From NCBI GenBank assembly GCA_029210695.1, contig JARGFH010000006.1, positions 29,005-93,004 on the forward strand: a stretch of DNA of 64,000 nt. The letters are read 5' to 3'. Below the pieces are notes generated by a model. It was not told the origin of the DNA and did no database searches. It saw only the letters and a program-made list of their open reading frames with translations. Both the position numbers and the translations under genes were made by a program. Origin of the DNA: Acidimicrobiia bacterium (GTDB taxonomy: Bacteria; Actinomycetota; Acidimicrobiia; Spongiisociales; JAHEDJ01). Shown here piece by piece: positions 28,642-38,297 of the stretch. Numbering within the stretch: the first letter of the stretch is position 1; each line of letters begins with the position of its first letter.

Positions 28642-31600
28642 TGCGACACCTGAACAGCATGATCCGTGGCCTCGTAGCCCTCATCGTCGTTCTTGGATTC
28701 GTGATTGGGGTTCCGGCCGGTCTGATTGCCTACGTGGGGTGGCCGCTGCCTGACAGCCTTCCCACACTCGACCAGATCCAGCTCGGTTTCAGGAGCGGCA
28801 TCGACCCCCAACTCCTCATCAGCGTTCTGGCGGCGATCGTCTGGATCGTCTGGGCGCAACTCCTCATCGCACTGACAGCTGAAGTCGTCGCTGCTGCGCG
28901 AGGCAGAGCCGCCCGCCGCTTGCCCTTCATTCCGGGGCTACAACCGGCCGTCGCTCAACTTGTCGCCGCCATCACCCTCGCCACCGCCACCCTCGGTCCG
29001 CTCCACGCGGTACCAGCCACAGCAGCACCCCTCCCCATCGAAATGTCCGTGGCGTCGAGCTACCCGGTGGTCCGCATCGGCCAAGAACCAGCGACGCCCC
29101 GGTGGGCGAAGGCCGACTCCCAGCAGCAGACCGAAACCGAATTGCCGCGGTACCTGGTGACGCGACACGACACCCTCTGGCACATAGCCGAGTCGACCCT
29201 CGGCGACGGGCGCCGCTGGGCCGAGGTCCGGACCTTGAACGCTGGACGGGACATGCGTGACGGCCACCGCTTCACCGAGACAACCGAACGGCTTCACACG
29301 GGGTGGGAACTCATCCTCCCAGCGGATGCCACCACAGCGGCCACTGAGCCTCCCCCGCCAACAGCGGACGAGGTGACCGTGGTGGCGGGGGACAACTTCT
29401 GGACCATCGCCGAGACAACCCTCGCCGGCGCCTGGGGACGACCACCATCGAACGCGGAGACGGCCGAGTATTGGCGGACTCTCATCGACGCCAACCGCGA
29501 TCGGCTGGCGCCGCCGTACGACCCCGATCTCATCTACCCCGACCAACAATTCGAGCTGCCCCCAATCCCGGCCGACCCCAAGACACAGGCCGTCGCGCCG
29601 ATCCCCGATCACATCCCCTCGTCCGCCGATGGGGTCGTCGTCGAAGAGGGAGACAGCTTCTGGAGTATCGCTCAACAGGCCCTTACCAACGCCTGGGATC
29701 GAACCCCCAGCTCCGCCGAGACGACCAGCTATTGGCGTCGGATGGTCGATCTCAACCGGGACCGGCTGTCGCCACCACACGACCCCAACCTCATCTATCC
29801 CGGCCAGGTATTCCAGCTACCGGCCATACCCGAGTACCAACAAGCGCAGACCGAACCTGACACCGAACTCGATACGGCCTCCCCGCCGGAGACGCCACCA
29901 ACAGCCCGGGAGGAGACCGGCACCACACCGGATAACCCCACCTCTGACCTGCCACCCGCCACCACCCCGCTCCCCCCGAAGACAGACGAGCCGATCCCCA
30001 CCGATGCGACCGGAACCACATACGAGGCGCCGGCGTCTGCAGACCCAGCAGACGACACAGATGAACCTGACAGCGTCGACGACGGGAGCATTGCGGGGGA
30101 GCTGTTTCCCATGGCCAGCCGCCTGGCCGGCCTCGGGATCCTCGCGGCCGGTCTCGCCACCCTCCTCCGGCGCTTGCGTAACGCCCAACTCCGGCACCGC
30201 CGACCTGGCACCGTCCCCACCGCCCCACCACCTGACACGGCCAAGGTCGAATCGACGATCCGCAGCGCCGCCGCGCCCACCGCCACCGAGTTCATCGACC
30301 TCGCCCTGCGCTCCATGGCCCGTGACGTGACCGAATCCCACATCCCGCCGCCTCAGGTCGTGGGTGTCCACCTCACCGCCGACACCCTCCGGGTGCTGCT
30401 GTGGGCACCACACAAGGATCCGCCAGCTGGATGGGCCGCCGACGACGGTGGTCGTAGCTGGACCATCCCCACCGTCACCGACATCGATCGGCTCCGCACC
30501 GGATCCCGGGGAGTTCCCGCCCCCTACCCGGCCCTCGTTACTGCCGGGCACGGAGACCACGCCCAGCTCCTCTTGGACCTTGAGTACCTCGGAGCGACCC
30601 AAGTCACTGGAGAACCCACCGATGTGGCCGCCACCTGTTACACGATGGCCACCGAACTCGCCGCCACACCGCTCGCCGACGACCTTCAGATCATCTGCAT
30701 CGGCTTCGGAGACGAAATCGCCGACCTTGAACGCGTGACCGTCGTCGACCACCTCACCGAGGTGCTCCCAGCTCTGGAAGCCAAGGCGACAGCGGTCACT
30801 CGACTCGAATCCCAAGCACCGCTGGCCGGTCGGCTTTCCCCGGGTGCCGGGGACACCTGGAACCCGATCATCATCCTTGACCCGGCCACAGATCCCCCGG
30901 AGGAGGCACGCCAACTTCTCACCCTTGCCCACTCCGGTCGAGGAGTGGCAGCGGTTGTCGGCTACCCCACCGGAGACCGGTGGCGACTCCACATCAAGAA
31001 CGACACCGTACGGATCGACCCACTCGGCTTCACCTTCGCCCGCCGCAACCTCACACCGGTCGAGCAGGCCACCCTCGGCGACCTGGTCACCGCCGGCAAG
31101 GACCTCGAAGGTCTCCCCGCCGAACTCGCCACCGACCCGCTCCAACACATTGTCACGGACGAAGATCTGGGAGGACGGGCCGAGGTGGCAACGGAACCGG
31201 CGTTGTTCGATGAGGACCATGATATTGCGGTCGACGGCACTCCGATCCCAGTGCCGGAGATGAAGGTGCTAGGCACCCTCCATGTAGACGGGATCGACGG
31301 CCGCTTCCCGCTTCGCAAATGCACCGAACTCGTCGCCTACCTCACCTTCCACCGAGGCGGCGTCGAAGCCGACACCCTGATGGAAGCCCTCTGGCCCGAA
31401 CAGGCTCCGGAGTATCAACGTCTCAACCGCCACACCTCACGGACCCGCACCACCCTCGGCATTGGCCCCGACGGTGAACCCTACGTGGGGTACGTGAGCG
31501 ACGGGATCTACCGGCTCAGTTCCCATCTGCGAAGCGACATCGAACGCTTCACGGGCCACATTCGCCAAGCCGACCAGAATGAAAGAACCAACCAGACCCA

Positions 31601-32006
31601 GCACCTCTACGCCGCCCTCGACCTGGTGGAAGGAACACCGTTCAGCGGAGCCGGCAACGCCTACAACTGGGCCCATACCGACGGGATCATCACCCACGCC
31701 ATCGTCGCCATCGACAACGCTGCCCACCGCCTCGCCCAACACGCCCTCCAGGCCGATGACCCCGACCAAGCGACCTGGGCTGCCCGCAAGGGTCTGATCG
31801 CCACAGGAGCCTGCGAAGAGTGCTACCGCAACCTCATGCGAGCAGCTATCGCCGAAGGTAACCAAGTCGCCTTCGAAGCCACCTACACCGAACTACTCGC
31901 AGTGACCGACGCCGACGACGGACCCGACGGAGCGAGCTTCCTCGACCCGGCGACCATCGCCCTCTACGAACAGCACAATCGCAGCCGCAGACGTCATGCT
32001 GGCTGA
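28638..32006 (+). CDS. large membrane-anchored protein: 3x LysM + Pro/Thr-rich linker + SARP-like winged-helix/BTAD regulator domain
   Basis: Two N-terminal TM helices. Three LysM-like repeats ('YLVTRHDTLWHIAESTLGDGRRW', 'VTVVAGDNFWTIAETTL...RDRL', 'VVEEGDSFWSIAQQAL...RDRL'). A ~300-aa P/T/E-rich low-complexity region. C-terminal 'ELVAYLTFHRGGVEADTLMEALWPE' (OmpR/SARP trans_reg_C-like) followed by a BTAD/TPR-like helical domain. Confidence 0.7.
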   Translation: MMRHLNSMIRGLVALIVVLGFVIGVPAGLIAYVGWPLPDSLPTLDQIQLGFRSGIDPQLLISVLAAIVWIVWAQLLIALTAEVVAAARGRAARRLPFIPGLQPAVAQLVAAITLATATLGPLHAVPATAAPLPIEMSVASSYPVVRIGQEPATPRWAKADSQQQTETELPRYLVTRHDTLWHIAESTLGDGRRWAEVRTLNAGRDMRDGHRFTETTERLHTGWELILPADATTAATEPPPPTADEVTVVAGDNFWTIAETTLAGAWGRPPSNAETAEYWRTLIDANRDRLAPPYDPDLIYPDQQFELPPIPADPKTQAVAPIPDHIPSSADGVVVEEGDSFWSIAQQALTNAWDRTPSSAETTSYWRRMVDLNRDRLSPPHDPNLIYPGQVFQLPAIPEYQQAQTEPDTELDTASPPETPPTAREETGTTPDNPTSDLPPATTPLPPKTDEPIPTDATGTTYEAPASADPADDTDEPDSVDDGSIAGELFPMASRLAGLGILAAGLATLLRRLRNAQLRHRRPGTVPTAPPPDTAKVESTIRSAAAPTATEFIDLALRSMARDVTESHIPPPQVVGVHLTADTLRVLLWAPHKDPPAGWAADDGGRSWTIPTVTDIDRLRTGSRGVPAPYPALVTAGHGDHAQLLLDLEYLGATQVTGEPTDVAATCYTMATELAATPLADDLQIICIGFGDEIADLERVTVVDHLTEVLPALEAKATAVTRLESQAPLAGRLSPGAGDTWNPIIILDPATDPPEEARQLLTLAHSGRGVAAVVGYPTGDRWRLHIKNDTVRIDPLGFTFARRNLTPVEQATLGDLVTAGKDLEGLPAELATDPLQHIVTDEDLGGRAEVATEPALFDEDHDIAVDGTPIPVPEMKVLGTLHVDGIDGRFPLRKCTELVAYLTFHRGGVEADTLMEALWPEQAPEYQRLNRHTSRTRTTLGIGPDGEPYVGYVSDGIYRLSSHLRSDIERFTGHIRQADQNERTNQTQHLYAALDLVEGTPFSGAGNAYNWAHTDGIITHAIVAIDNAAHRLAQHALQADDPDQATWAARKGLIATGACEECYRNLMRAAIAEGNQVAFEATYTELLAVTDADDGPDGASFLDPATIALYEQHNRSRRRHAG

Positions 32007-32062
32007 CTTGCGCACCCATTTCGGATCATGGTCGAGCTACCGGACAGACCCGGACGGCAGCC

Positions 32063-32311
32063 GTGAGTGAGCCCACACTCGAAACTCAAATCCACCGGAT
32101 CCAGATGCAACTCGGGAACTGGCACGACAACCTCGCCACTCGCGTGGCCGGCGAAGCACAAGCGCTTTCTGACGAGATCAGCAAGCTGGCGGACCAGGAC
32201 GACGTCGAAGCAGTTGAGGCTCTGGTCCAGCGAGCACACGACCAGATCATGACCAGCTGCGACCTCCTGCGCGATCTGAGACGTCGACTCCAGGATCTGC
32301 CGAAACCATGA
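32063..32311 (+). CDS. small coiled-coil hypothetical protein
   Basis: 82-aa helical ORF. Its stop overlaps the ATG of a 34-codon fragment. Confidence 0.35.
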   Translation: MSEPTLETQIHRIQMQLGNWHDNLATRVAGEAQALSDEISKLADQDDVEAVEALVQRAHDQIMTSCDLLRDLRRRLQDLPKP

Positions 32312-32412
32312 GCCAGCTCACATTGCATGAGGCAATGGTTGTGATTCTCAGGCGCCACGGAGGCGGGTGGATGAGCCGCGACGATATGGCTCGGGGGATC
32401 GCCCCCGGTTAG
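32308..32412 (+). pseudogene. 34-codon remnant resembling the N-terminal winged helix of Mrr/HARE-HTH proteins
   Basis: 'MSQLTLHEAMVVILRRHGGGWMSRDDMARGIAPG*'. It is too short to be a complete domain protein and ends 19 nt before the convergent DUF4238 gene. Confidence 0.3.
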
Positions 32413-32430
32413 GTGGCGCGCGTTGTGCGC

Positions 32431-33456
32431 CTACAAGTCAGGGGCCTGTGGCCGGGGGGAACTCCACTCATCCGGTATGTCGCGAATCGGCTTCCAAACG
32501 TGCAGCACTTCACCGTCGGTTCTTTCGGTGCCGCTATAGAGCGGCCCAGTGTTGAACCTGATGATCGGTCGCCTCCGAGCGAGCGGTAGGTGCTTGCCTT
32601 CGACGTTCTCTGGATGGAACGCAATGAGGCTTGTGCAGTGTCTTGCGATGTGCTCGTTGACGTTCTTGAGGCGACGAGGGCCCATCGTGCGAACACGCTC
32701 CGGACCTATGAGCCGGAGACTTATGAGACGCGTCCTATCGAGAGGAAGCCATATCTCGTCCGCGTCGTAGATCCCCACTCCCCGATAGGTGTCCTCTGGT
32801 GAGGGCAATGCCCAGATTGTGACTGGTCGGTCAGATGTGATGAGTTCGCCGTGCCGTGCTGCCTCAAGTGACCAGGCTCGCTGTTTGAGATGCTCGGCAA
32901 CCTGGAGGCCGAGATTGAACATCAGGTCGATGCGTAGCTGCGCTGTGTCCTCTCGGGTGGGGAAGTCAGGTTGCATTGCAGAGGCGTTGACGAAGTCACA
33001 GGCACCCTGGACTTCTGTCTCGTGGGGTTCAAATCCGAGCACATTTCGCTCCAGGTAATCTCTCATCGACTCAGGGTCTATTGGAGGATCACCGATCGCT
33101 TCTATGACGTCGTGAGTGAATTCGAAGCTCAAGACGTGATCGGGATCGCGCGCTAGCTGAACTCCCATGTACAGAGCGAGGGTATCCCGTTCGCCCGATC
33201 CGCTCGGCGGGAGGGTCCGCTCCTCATCGATACGGTCTAATACCTCTTTGGCATCCTCTTCCAATGCACCGAGGGTTTGTTCCGCGGTTAGGGGCTGTTG
33301 CGGCACCTTGTAGAGCCCGATCACAGCCATCACGTTGCGAGTGTTGGATAAAAAAGTGCTCCCGTCTCGCGACCTCACCGCCACCTGGTTCCGCTCGTTT
33401 GCGAACCGCTTCAGATATGACTGGGGCACAAAGTGATGGAGCTTCGGTTCACTCAT
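32431..33456 (-). CDS. DUF4238-family protein (defence-island associated)
   Basis: N-terminus 'LHHFVPQSYLKRFANE' is the signature start of DUF4238. Confidence 0.7.
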   Translation of the reverse strand: MSEPKLHHFVPQSYLKRFANERNQVAVRSRDGSTFLSNTRNVMAVIGLYKVPQQPLTAEQTLGALEEDAKEVLDRIDEERTLPPSGSGERDTLALYMGVQLARDPDHVLSFEFTHDVIEAIGDPPIDPESMRDYLERNVLGFEPHETEVQGACDFVNASAMQPDFPTREDTAQLRIDLMFNLGLQVAEHLKQRAWSLEAARHGELITSDRPVTIWALPSPEDTYRGVGIYDADEIWLPLDRTRLISLRLIGPERVRTMGPRRLKNVNEHIARHCTSLIAFHPENVEGKHLPLARRRPIIRFNTGPLYSGTERTDGEVLHVWKPIRDIPDEWSSPRPQAPDL

Positions 33457-33713
33457 GGTGTCGACAGATTCCGCCTACGACCCGTGAGGCTTGAACGGCC
33501 ATGATCACGGGGGGTAACCGCCAGCCTGATAGCGCATATCACCAAATCTCGGAGGGTTCCGCCCATATCTGAACCTCCCTGTCCCCGGGATCGGCACTTC
33601 TTGCTTGGCTGCCCGTATGGGTCGTGCCCAGCTCTTCCCACCACGGTGGCGTACTAGCGGCGCTCCTCTGGCGATGGACGTGCACCGAACGCCGCACCAC
33701 TCAACGACCGAAG

Positions 33714-35036
33714 CTATTTCTGCCGCTCGTCACCCTCGTCAACAAGATAAGTATGAGGTGCGACGACGGCAAGATGCCAACTTCCACCCTCGTCGTTGAG
33801 CGCCAGATTCCCCTCGTTGTCATAGCGGACCCACCGAAGCCGGAGATTCCCCGTGGTGCCGTCGATGGTCGCCTTACCTCTGGCCTCGGCCACGCATGAC
33901 TGCGTGTACTCGACTCGCTCGAGCACTACATCGGTGACTTCGTGCATGTCAAACCATGACTTCGCGTACTCGGCAGCCTGGCCAGCCGACTTATGGCCAA
34001 TGAGCTGAGGAGGCATGAGCGGCACGAGCTTTCCCCACTGCTTCTTCTGCCATGCCTCGAAGAACAGCTTCGATAGAGCGACCACCTCATCACTGTCGAA
34101 AGCTTCCCTCTCACGGCTTATGGTCCAGGGCTCGAACAGTTCTCGCGCCTTCTTCTTGCGGCCGTGCTCTGCGAGCCGGCCGAACGTCTCCCGCAACGTA
34201 GGTGGCGGTGGCTTAGTGTCTTCTGTGGCCTTCTTCGTGGTTGCGATGCTCCAGTCGACGACAGCGAAGAGGAGGTTCCAAGCCTTCGTCGCCACAACGA
34301 TGTTGTTGAAGTTCACGACGGAGCCGTGGACGATGCCGTGGCGGTGAACCTCGAACACCTCCTCATCGATTCGCTTCTTGATGGTCTTCAAGAACGGTTT
34401 CAATGCATTGGTGAGTCCCAAGTGATGGCCGGTCACGCTGTCCCAGGCGACCATCTCGTCGGCATCGCGAGCTGCGAGGCCCTGCCGCTCGCTTGCCTCG
34501 AAGTCGTTGACGAAGCCGTCCATCACTGAGATGAGAAGCAAGGTGCATGCATCGAAGCGCCCGGCGTCGTAGTCCTCCCGAGCCCTCACCAGCAAATGGT
34601 GGCGCTCACTCAGTCCGGGAACACCACGGAGTCTCAGCAGATGCCACTTTGTCGCTTCGGCGTCCCTGTACAACTCAATGAGTCGATGCTCTGCCTCATC
34701 CGGCGTGGAAGTCTCATCGAGGATGGCGTCGACTTCCCTGAGGTTCATCCAGTCGGTGAAGACCCAGTGGCGCGCCCCTAGGCGTTCGTAGAACGCATCG
34801 ACGCGATCGGCCATCTCGTTCATGCGCGTTTCCAGCTCGGCAATCTCGCTGCGCTTCTCGCGCATCACGAAGAATGTCAGGGCCTTGAACGCCTTGAGCT
34901 GCTGTCGCATCTCAACAAACGACGGCAGATCGTGTGCGGAGCGGTATGGGGACGTGCCCGATGAGTCGCTCGTGGTGCTATCCATTCCTGGATTGTATCG
35001 AACTAGTGTTCGGCTGAGCAGCCCCGCCTTCCTCAA
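33714..35036 (-). CDS. hypothetical protein with HEPN-like R-x4-H-G motif (start probably at Met 34985)
   Basis: 'EVHRHGIVHGSVVNFNNIVVATKAWNLLF'. It is divergent from, and shares this motif with, the neighbouring 35043..36188 gene. Confidence 0.5.
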   Translation of the reverse strand: MRKAGLLSRTLVRYNPGMDSTTSDSSGTSPYRSAHDLPSFVEMRQQLKAFKALTFFVMREKRSEIAELETRMNEMADRVDAFYERLGARHWVFTDWMNLREVDAILDETSTPDEAEHRLIELYRDAEATKWHLLRLRGVPGLSERHHLLVRAREDYDAGRFDACTLLLISVMDGFVNDFEASERQGLAARDADEMVAWDSVTGHHLGLTNALKPFLKTIKKRIDEEVFEVHRHGIVHGSVVNFNNIVVATKAWNLLFAVVDWSIATTKKATEDTKPPPPTLRETFGRLAEHGRKKKARELFEPWTISREREAFDSDEVVALSKLFFEAWQKKQWGKLVPLMPPQLIGHKSAGQAAEYAKSWFDMHEVTDVVLERVEYTQSCVAEARGKATIDGTTGNLRLRWVRYDNEGNLALNDEGGSWHLAVVAPHTYLVDEGDERQK

Positions 35037-35042
35037 GGCCGG

Positions 35043-36188
35043 GTGTCGAGCCTAGAAGGTGAGTCGCCTCCGATCCTGGGTAACAGGCAATACCCTGAGA
35101 GCATGATGAGTTTTGAAGGAACCGCCAATGGCCTGCCAGCCAAAGTGACGCTTCAGTCCGGCAAGGTATCCGTTGAGCTCGATGACAAGACTCACGGACC
35201 GAAACCGATAGTTGGCTCTGTCAAGAACCTCGACAAGGGAGCAGCCTGGGCAATCGGGTTGGGGTCGATCCGAGTCCGGTTCGTTGCGAATGACCCCGAA
35301 GCATTCACGCGACAGCTCATCCAGGGATTGATCGGTGCTCAGGAATCTCCAGCCGAGCTCTTCGAAAACATGTATCAGATGGCACCGACCGTTGCTGAAG
35401 GTATAGCGTCGATGAGCCGTCTTCTCGAGAACATCACTCTTACTTCGGAGATGCTGGGCGAAGAGCCGCCTGACTATTCGGACACCAAGAAGAATCTGGA
35501 ACTTCTGGCAAGCCGTCATCGAGAGTTCATGGAGCGATTGGCTCCACTTGGTTGGACCTTCTCGAGAGTCCTCGACCGTGGAGTGCCCGTCCGCTTCTAC
35601 CGAGTTGCCGCCAAGTTCATCGAAGTTGGATCAGACCCCGACGACGTAGACGAGTGGCTGGCTCCGCTTGTCCTCGACAGCTCGGAGCTTGAGAGGGTTG
35701 TTGGGGAGGTCGCCGCTCTCCCGGTTCGAGCCATATGGCAGTGGGCGTTCCTGGCTGGGGAAGCTGCCACTGCAACGAATGCCGGACTATTCGCGGTGGC
35801 CGCCGAAGCTTGGATCACCATTGCGGAAGGGCTTTGGCGTGATCTCCGCACCTGGCTTGGAGGGCAAGGAACGTTCTACCGCAAGGGTGACCTTGTAAAC
35901 CAGACCCTGACAGAACGCCTGACCCAGTCGTGGGAATCACTGGTTGTGGCCCACGACTACATGAGTCGATCAGTCAACCGCACAATGCTGGAACCAATCG
36001 ACCGGGCTCCCACTTCACGGCATGCGTTGTTGCACGGTCGAATAGCGGGCGCCGTCCGGAGTGTCCACGCAGCCAAGGCACTGACGATGATCGATGGAAT
36101 CCTTGAGCAGGCGCAAGAAGCCATCAAACTCGCCGAACCGGCCGAGTTGGAAACGCCACCGTGGATCGACGGAGGGGCGGTCTTGTAA
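35043..36188 (+). CDS. hypothetical protein with HEPN-like R-x4-H-G motif
   Basis: 'PTSRHALLHGRIAGAVRSVHAAKALTMIDGIL'. The start may be the internal Met at 35103. Confidence 0.5.
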   Translation: MSSLEGESPPILGNRQYPESMMSFEGTANGLPAKVTLQSGKVSVELDDKTHGPKPIVGSVKNLDKGAAWAIGLGSIRVRFVANDPEAFTRQLIQGLIGAQESPAELFENMYQMAPTVAEGIASMSRLLENITLTSEMLGEEPPDYSDTKKNLELLASRHREFMERLAPLGWTFSRVLDRGVPVRFYRVAAKFIEVGSDPDDVDEWLAPLVLDSSELERVVGEVAALPVRAIWQWAFLAGEAATATNAGLFAVAAEAWITIAEGLWRDLRTWLGGQGTFYRKGDLVNQTLTERLTQSWESLVVAHDYMSRSVNRTMLEPIDRAPTSRHALLHGRIAGAVRSVHAAKALTMIDGILEQAQEAIKLAEPAELETPPWIDGGAVL

Positions 36189-36293
36189 CTCCCAACCTGG
36201 AACCATGACGTTTACGGGCTAGCCCTGAGGAGAAACGGTTTCGCCACCCAGCCGATGACCCGCACTTCCCTCTCGGGCCCTGGTTCCACCTCT

Positions 36294-38243
36294 TCAGCTG
36301 AGGCTGCGATATTGGCTTCGCTTCCGCATCTGCCTGCCGACATGTACTTCGTCGGCGAGAGCGAGCTCGACAAGGCTCTCCTCTCGCTGGACGAGCCGGG
36401 CGAGGTGGGCAATGGCGTCGGTTCTGTCATTCGAGTCGGTCAGGCGAACAACAAGCGTGCCAGCCTCGTGCAGGGCCCTTGCGACGGCCTCTGGCTCGTC
36501 CAGGCTGTATCGACTCACGATCCGTTCCAGTAGGTGATGAATCAGTGGGAGGGCGTCAGCGATCGCCGTCGACAGGACACCCGCCTTGCCAGCCTCGACG
36601 AGGCTGGCAGGATCGGAGCCAGTGGGCAGGCTGGCGATTCTCACGTGGGCTCCGTCGGTTGTCACCGTTGGCATGTCAGCGACCCGCTCCGCCACCTGCG
36701 CGCCGGCGCCATCGCCGTCGAATGCGAGAGTGATTGTGGAGGCGATACCTTGAAGCGTGGAGAGGTGATGTTGGGTGACCGCCGTGCCACCAGTTGCCAC
36801 AGCGTGGTTGATGCCAACTTGGTGGGCTGCGATCGCGTCGGTGTATCCCTCGACGATTACGGCATGCCGCTGCTCGGTTATGGCCGGTGCGGCGAGGTGA
36901 AGACCGTAGAGCAGTCTCGACTTCTTGTAGAGGTCGGTCTCGGGGGTGTTCATGTACTTCGGTCCGTCGCCCGCAACAAGCCGACCGGCTAGGCCTCGTG
37001 GATTGCCTTGCTGGTCGAGGATTGGGAAGATCACTCGATTGCGCATCAGGTCGTAGAGCCGTCCCTGGCGGGATCGTCGCACAACACCGGCCTCGACGAG
37101 CAGATCGTCCTTGAAGCCATGTCGGCGGAGGGCGGTCGTCAGCGACTGCCACGAGTCAGGGCCGAATCCCAGCTGCCATCGCTCCACCGCTTCCTCATCA
37201 ATGCCCCGGCTGCGAAGGAAATCGACGGCTGACGCACCAGTCGGCTCCTGAAGTTGCTTTCGGTAGAACACTGTGGCAGCTATCAGGATCTCTTCGAGGT
37301 CCTTCCTGCGGGGTGGTTGCCGGTCTTGCGCTGGCCGGGCGGTCTCGAGATCCCGGACCTCGACCAGCGATCCGTCCCTGGCGGGTTCGCGCTCGAGCTG
37401 GCGTTCCTGTTCGAGCTGGGTGAGAACCTGGCGGGCGCAGCCGATCACCCGGTTGGCTGTGGCGGCCACCTTGGTCACGTCACCGCCTGACCAGGAGGCG
37501 ACGTAGGGGAGGCTGTAGCCGGCGCTGTCGATTCCGAGGGCGGCGCACACCATGTAGGCCACGGATTCGGCTTCCACCTCGACGATCCCGCGACATGACG
37601 GTCTGCCGTCCGAGGTTGGTTCGTGGAGCCGCACGTGGGCAAGCTCATGTACCGCTGTTTTGAATCGCTGCGCTCCGGGAAGGCTGGCACGCACCACCAC
37701 GTCTCGCTGTTGCCAGTCGGTGATGCCGTTGGCTTCGCCGAGTCGTTCGAGATCGGCGACTTGGAGGTCGAATCCGGCCCCGGTGATCAGCCCGCTCACC
37801 TGTTCCCAGTGGGAGGGGAGATCTCCTTCCACCAACGCCACCGGCACCTCTGGGAGTGCTTCGCCCTCGGTCTGGGCGAGGTCGAAGACGTGGACGACCC
37901 GGAACCCAACAACCCGTCGTTCCTCGTCTTCACCGTTTTCGGGGGTGACCTTGCGCACGACGGGGGCGAGGATCTGCAGCCCCTTTTCGCCGCGCCTCAC
38001 ATGCCGGCCGAGTTCCTGCCACGCCCGATAGCCGGCGACCCGGCTCGGGGTGAACCCGCGAGCCAACGACTGTGCCCAGATCAGCTGGGTGTTGGAGAAC
38101 GAGTAGTCGTGGAATCGGGCGGCGACGGCCAGAGCCTTTTGCCAGTCCTCGGAGGTGACGAGCTCCTGGAGCGATGCCTGCAGCTGTTCGTGGAGATGGT
38201 CCACGGCGTCGCTGCGATTGGTCGTCGGTTCGGCGGATTCCAC
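36294..38243 (-). CDS. ArdC-like antirestriction N-domain + HExxH metalloprotease + DnaG-type TOPRIM primase fusion (conjugative primase)
   Basis: ArdC-N/DUF1738 'FHDYSFSNTQLIWAQ...RVAGYRAWQELGRHVRRGEKG', zinc-metalloprotease 'AVHELAHVRLHE', and C-terminal TOPRIM 'AVIVEGYTDAIAAHQVG...ITLAFDGDGAG'. Confidence 0.8.
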   Translation of the reverse strand: MESAEPTTNRSDAVDHLHEQLQASLQELVTSEDWQKALAVAARFHDYSFSNTQLIWAQSLARGFTPSRVAGYRAWQELGRHVRRGEKGLQILAPVVRKVTPENGEDEERRVVGFRVVHVFDLAQTEGEALPEVPVALVEGDLPSHWEQVSGLITGAGFDLQVADLERLGEANGITDWQQRDVVVRASLPGAQRFKTAVHELAHVRLHEPTSDGRPSCRGIVEVEAESVAYMVCAALGIDSAGYSLPYVASWSGGDVTKVAATANRVIGCARQVLTQLEQERQLEREPARDGSLVEVRDLETARPAQDRQPPRRKDLEEILIAATVFYRKQLQEPTGASAVDFLRSRGIDEEAVERWQLGFGPDSWQSLTTALRRHGFKDDLLVEAGVVRRSRQGRLYDLMRNRVIFPILDQQGNPRGLAGRLVAGDGPKYMNTPETDLYKKSRLLYGLHLAAPAITEQRHAVIVEGYTDAIAAHQVGINHAVATGGTAVTQHHLSTLQGIASTITLAFDGDGAGAQVAERVADMPTVTTDGAHVRIASLPTGSDPASLVEAGKAGVLSTAIADALPLIHHLLERIVSRYSLDEPEAVARALHEAGTLVVRLTDSNDRTDAIAHLARLVQREESLVELALADEVHVGRQMRKRSQYRSLS

Positions 38244-38263
38244 CCCTCGATAGTGCGGTGAGA

Positions 38264-38297
38264 CCCTGTCAGCGGAGTGTCAGCGGCCCTGTCAGAG
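38264..38297. repeat. three tandem copies of (C)CCTGTCAG(C/A)G in the ardC-primase/relaxase divergent intergenic region; candidate oriT or operator
   Basis: 'ccctgtcagcgg agtgtcagcgg ccctgtcagag', with a fourth degenerate copy 'ggctgtccaga' at 38319. Confidence 0.5.

Noticed and set aside
29817-31220. 467-aa minus-strand ORF antisense to the LysM-BTAD gene (and 28938..29780 likewise)
   Set aside because: These are shadow ORFs over the Pro/Thr-rich region of the plus-strand gene. Their composition is low-complexity and they have no motifs.
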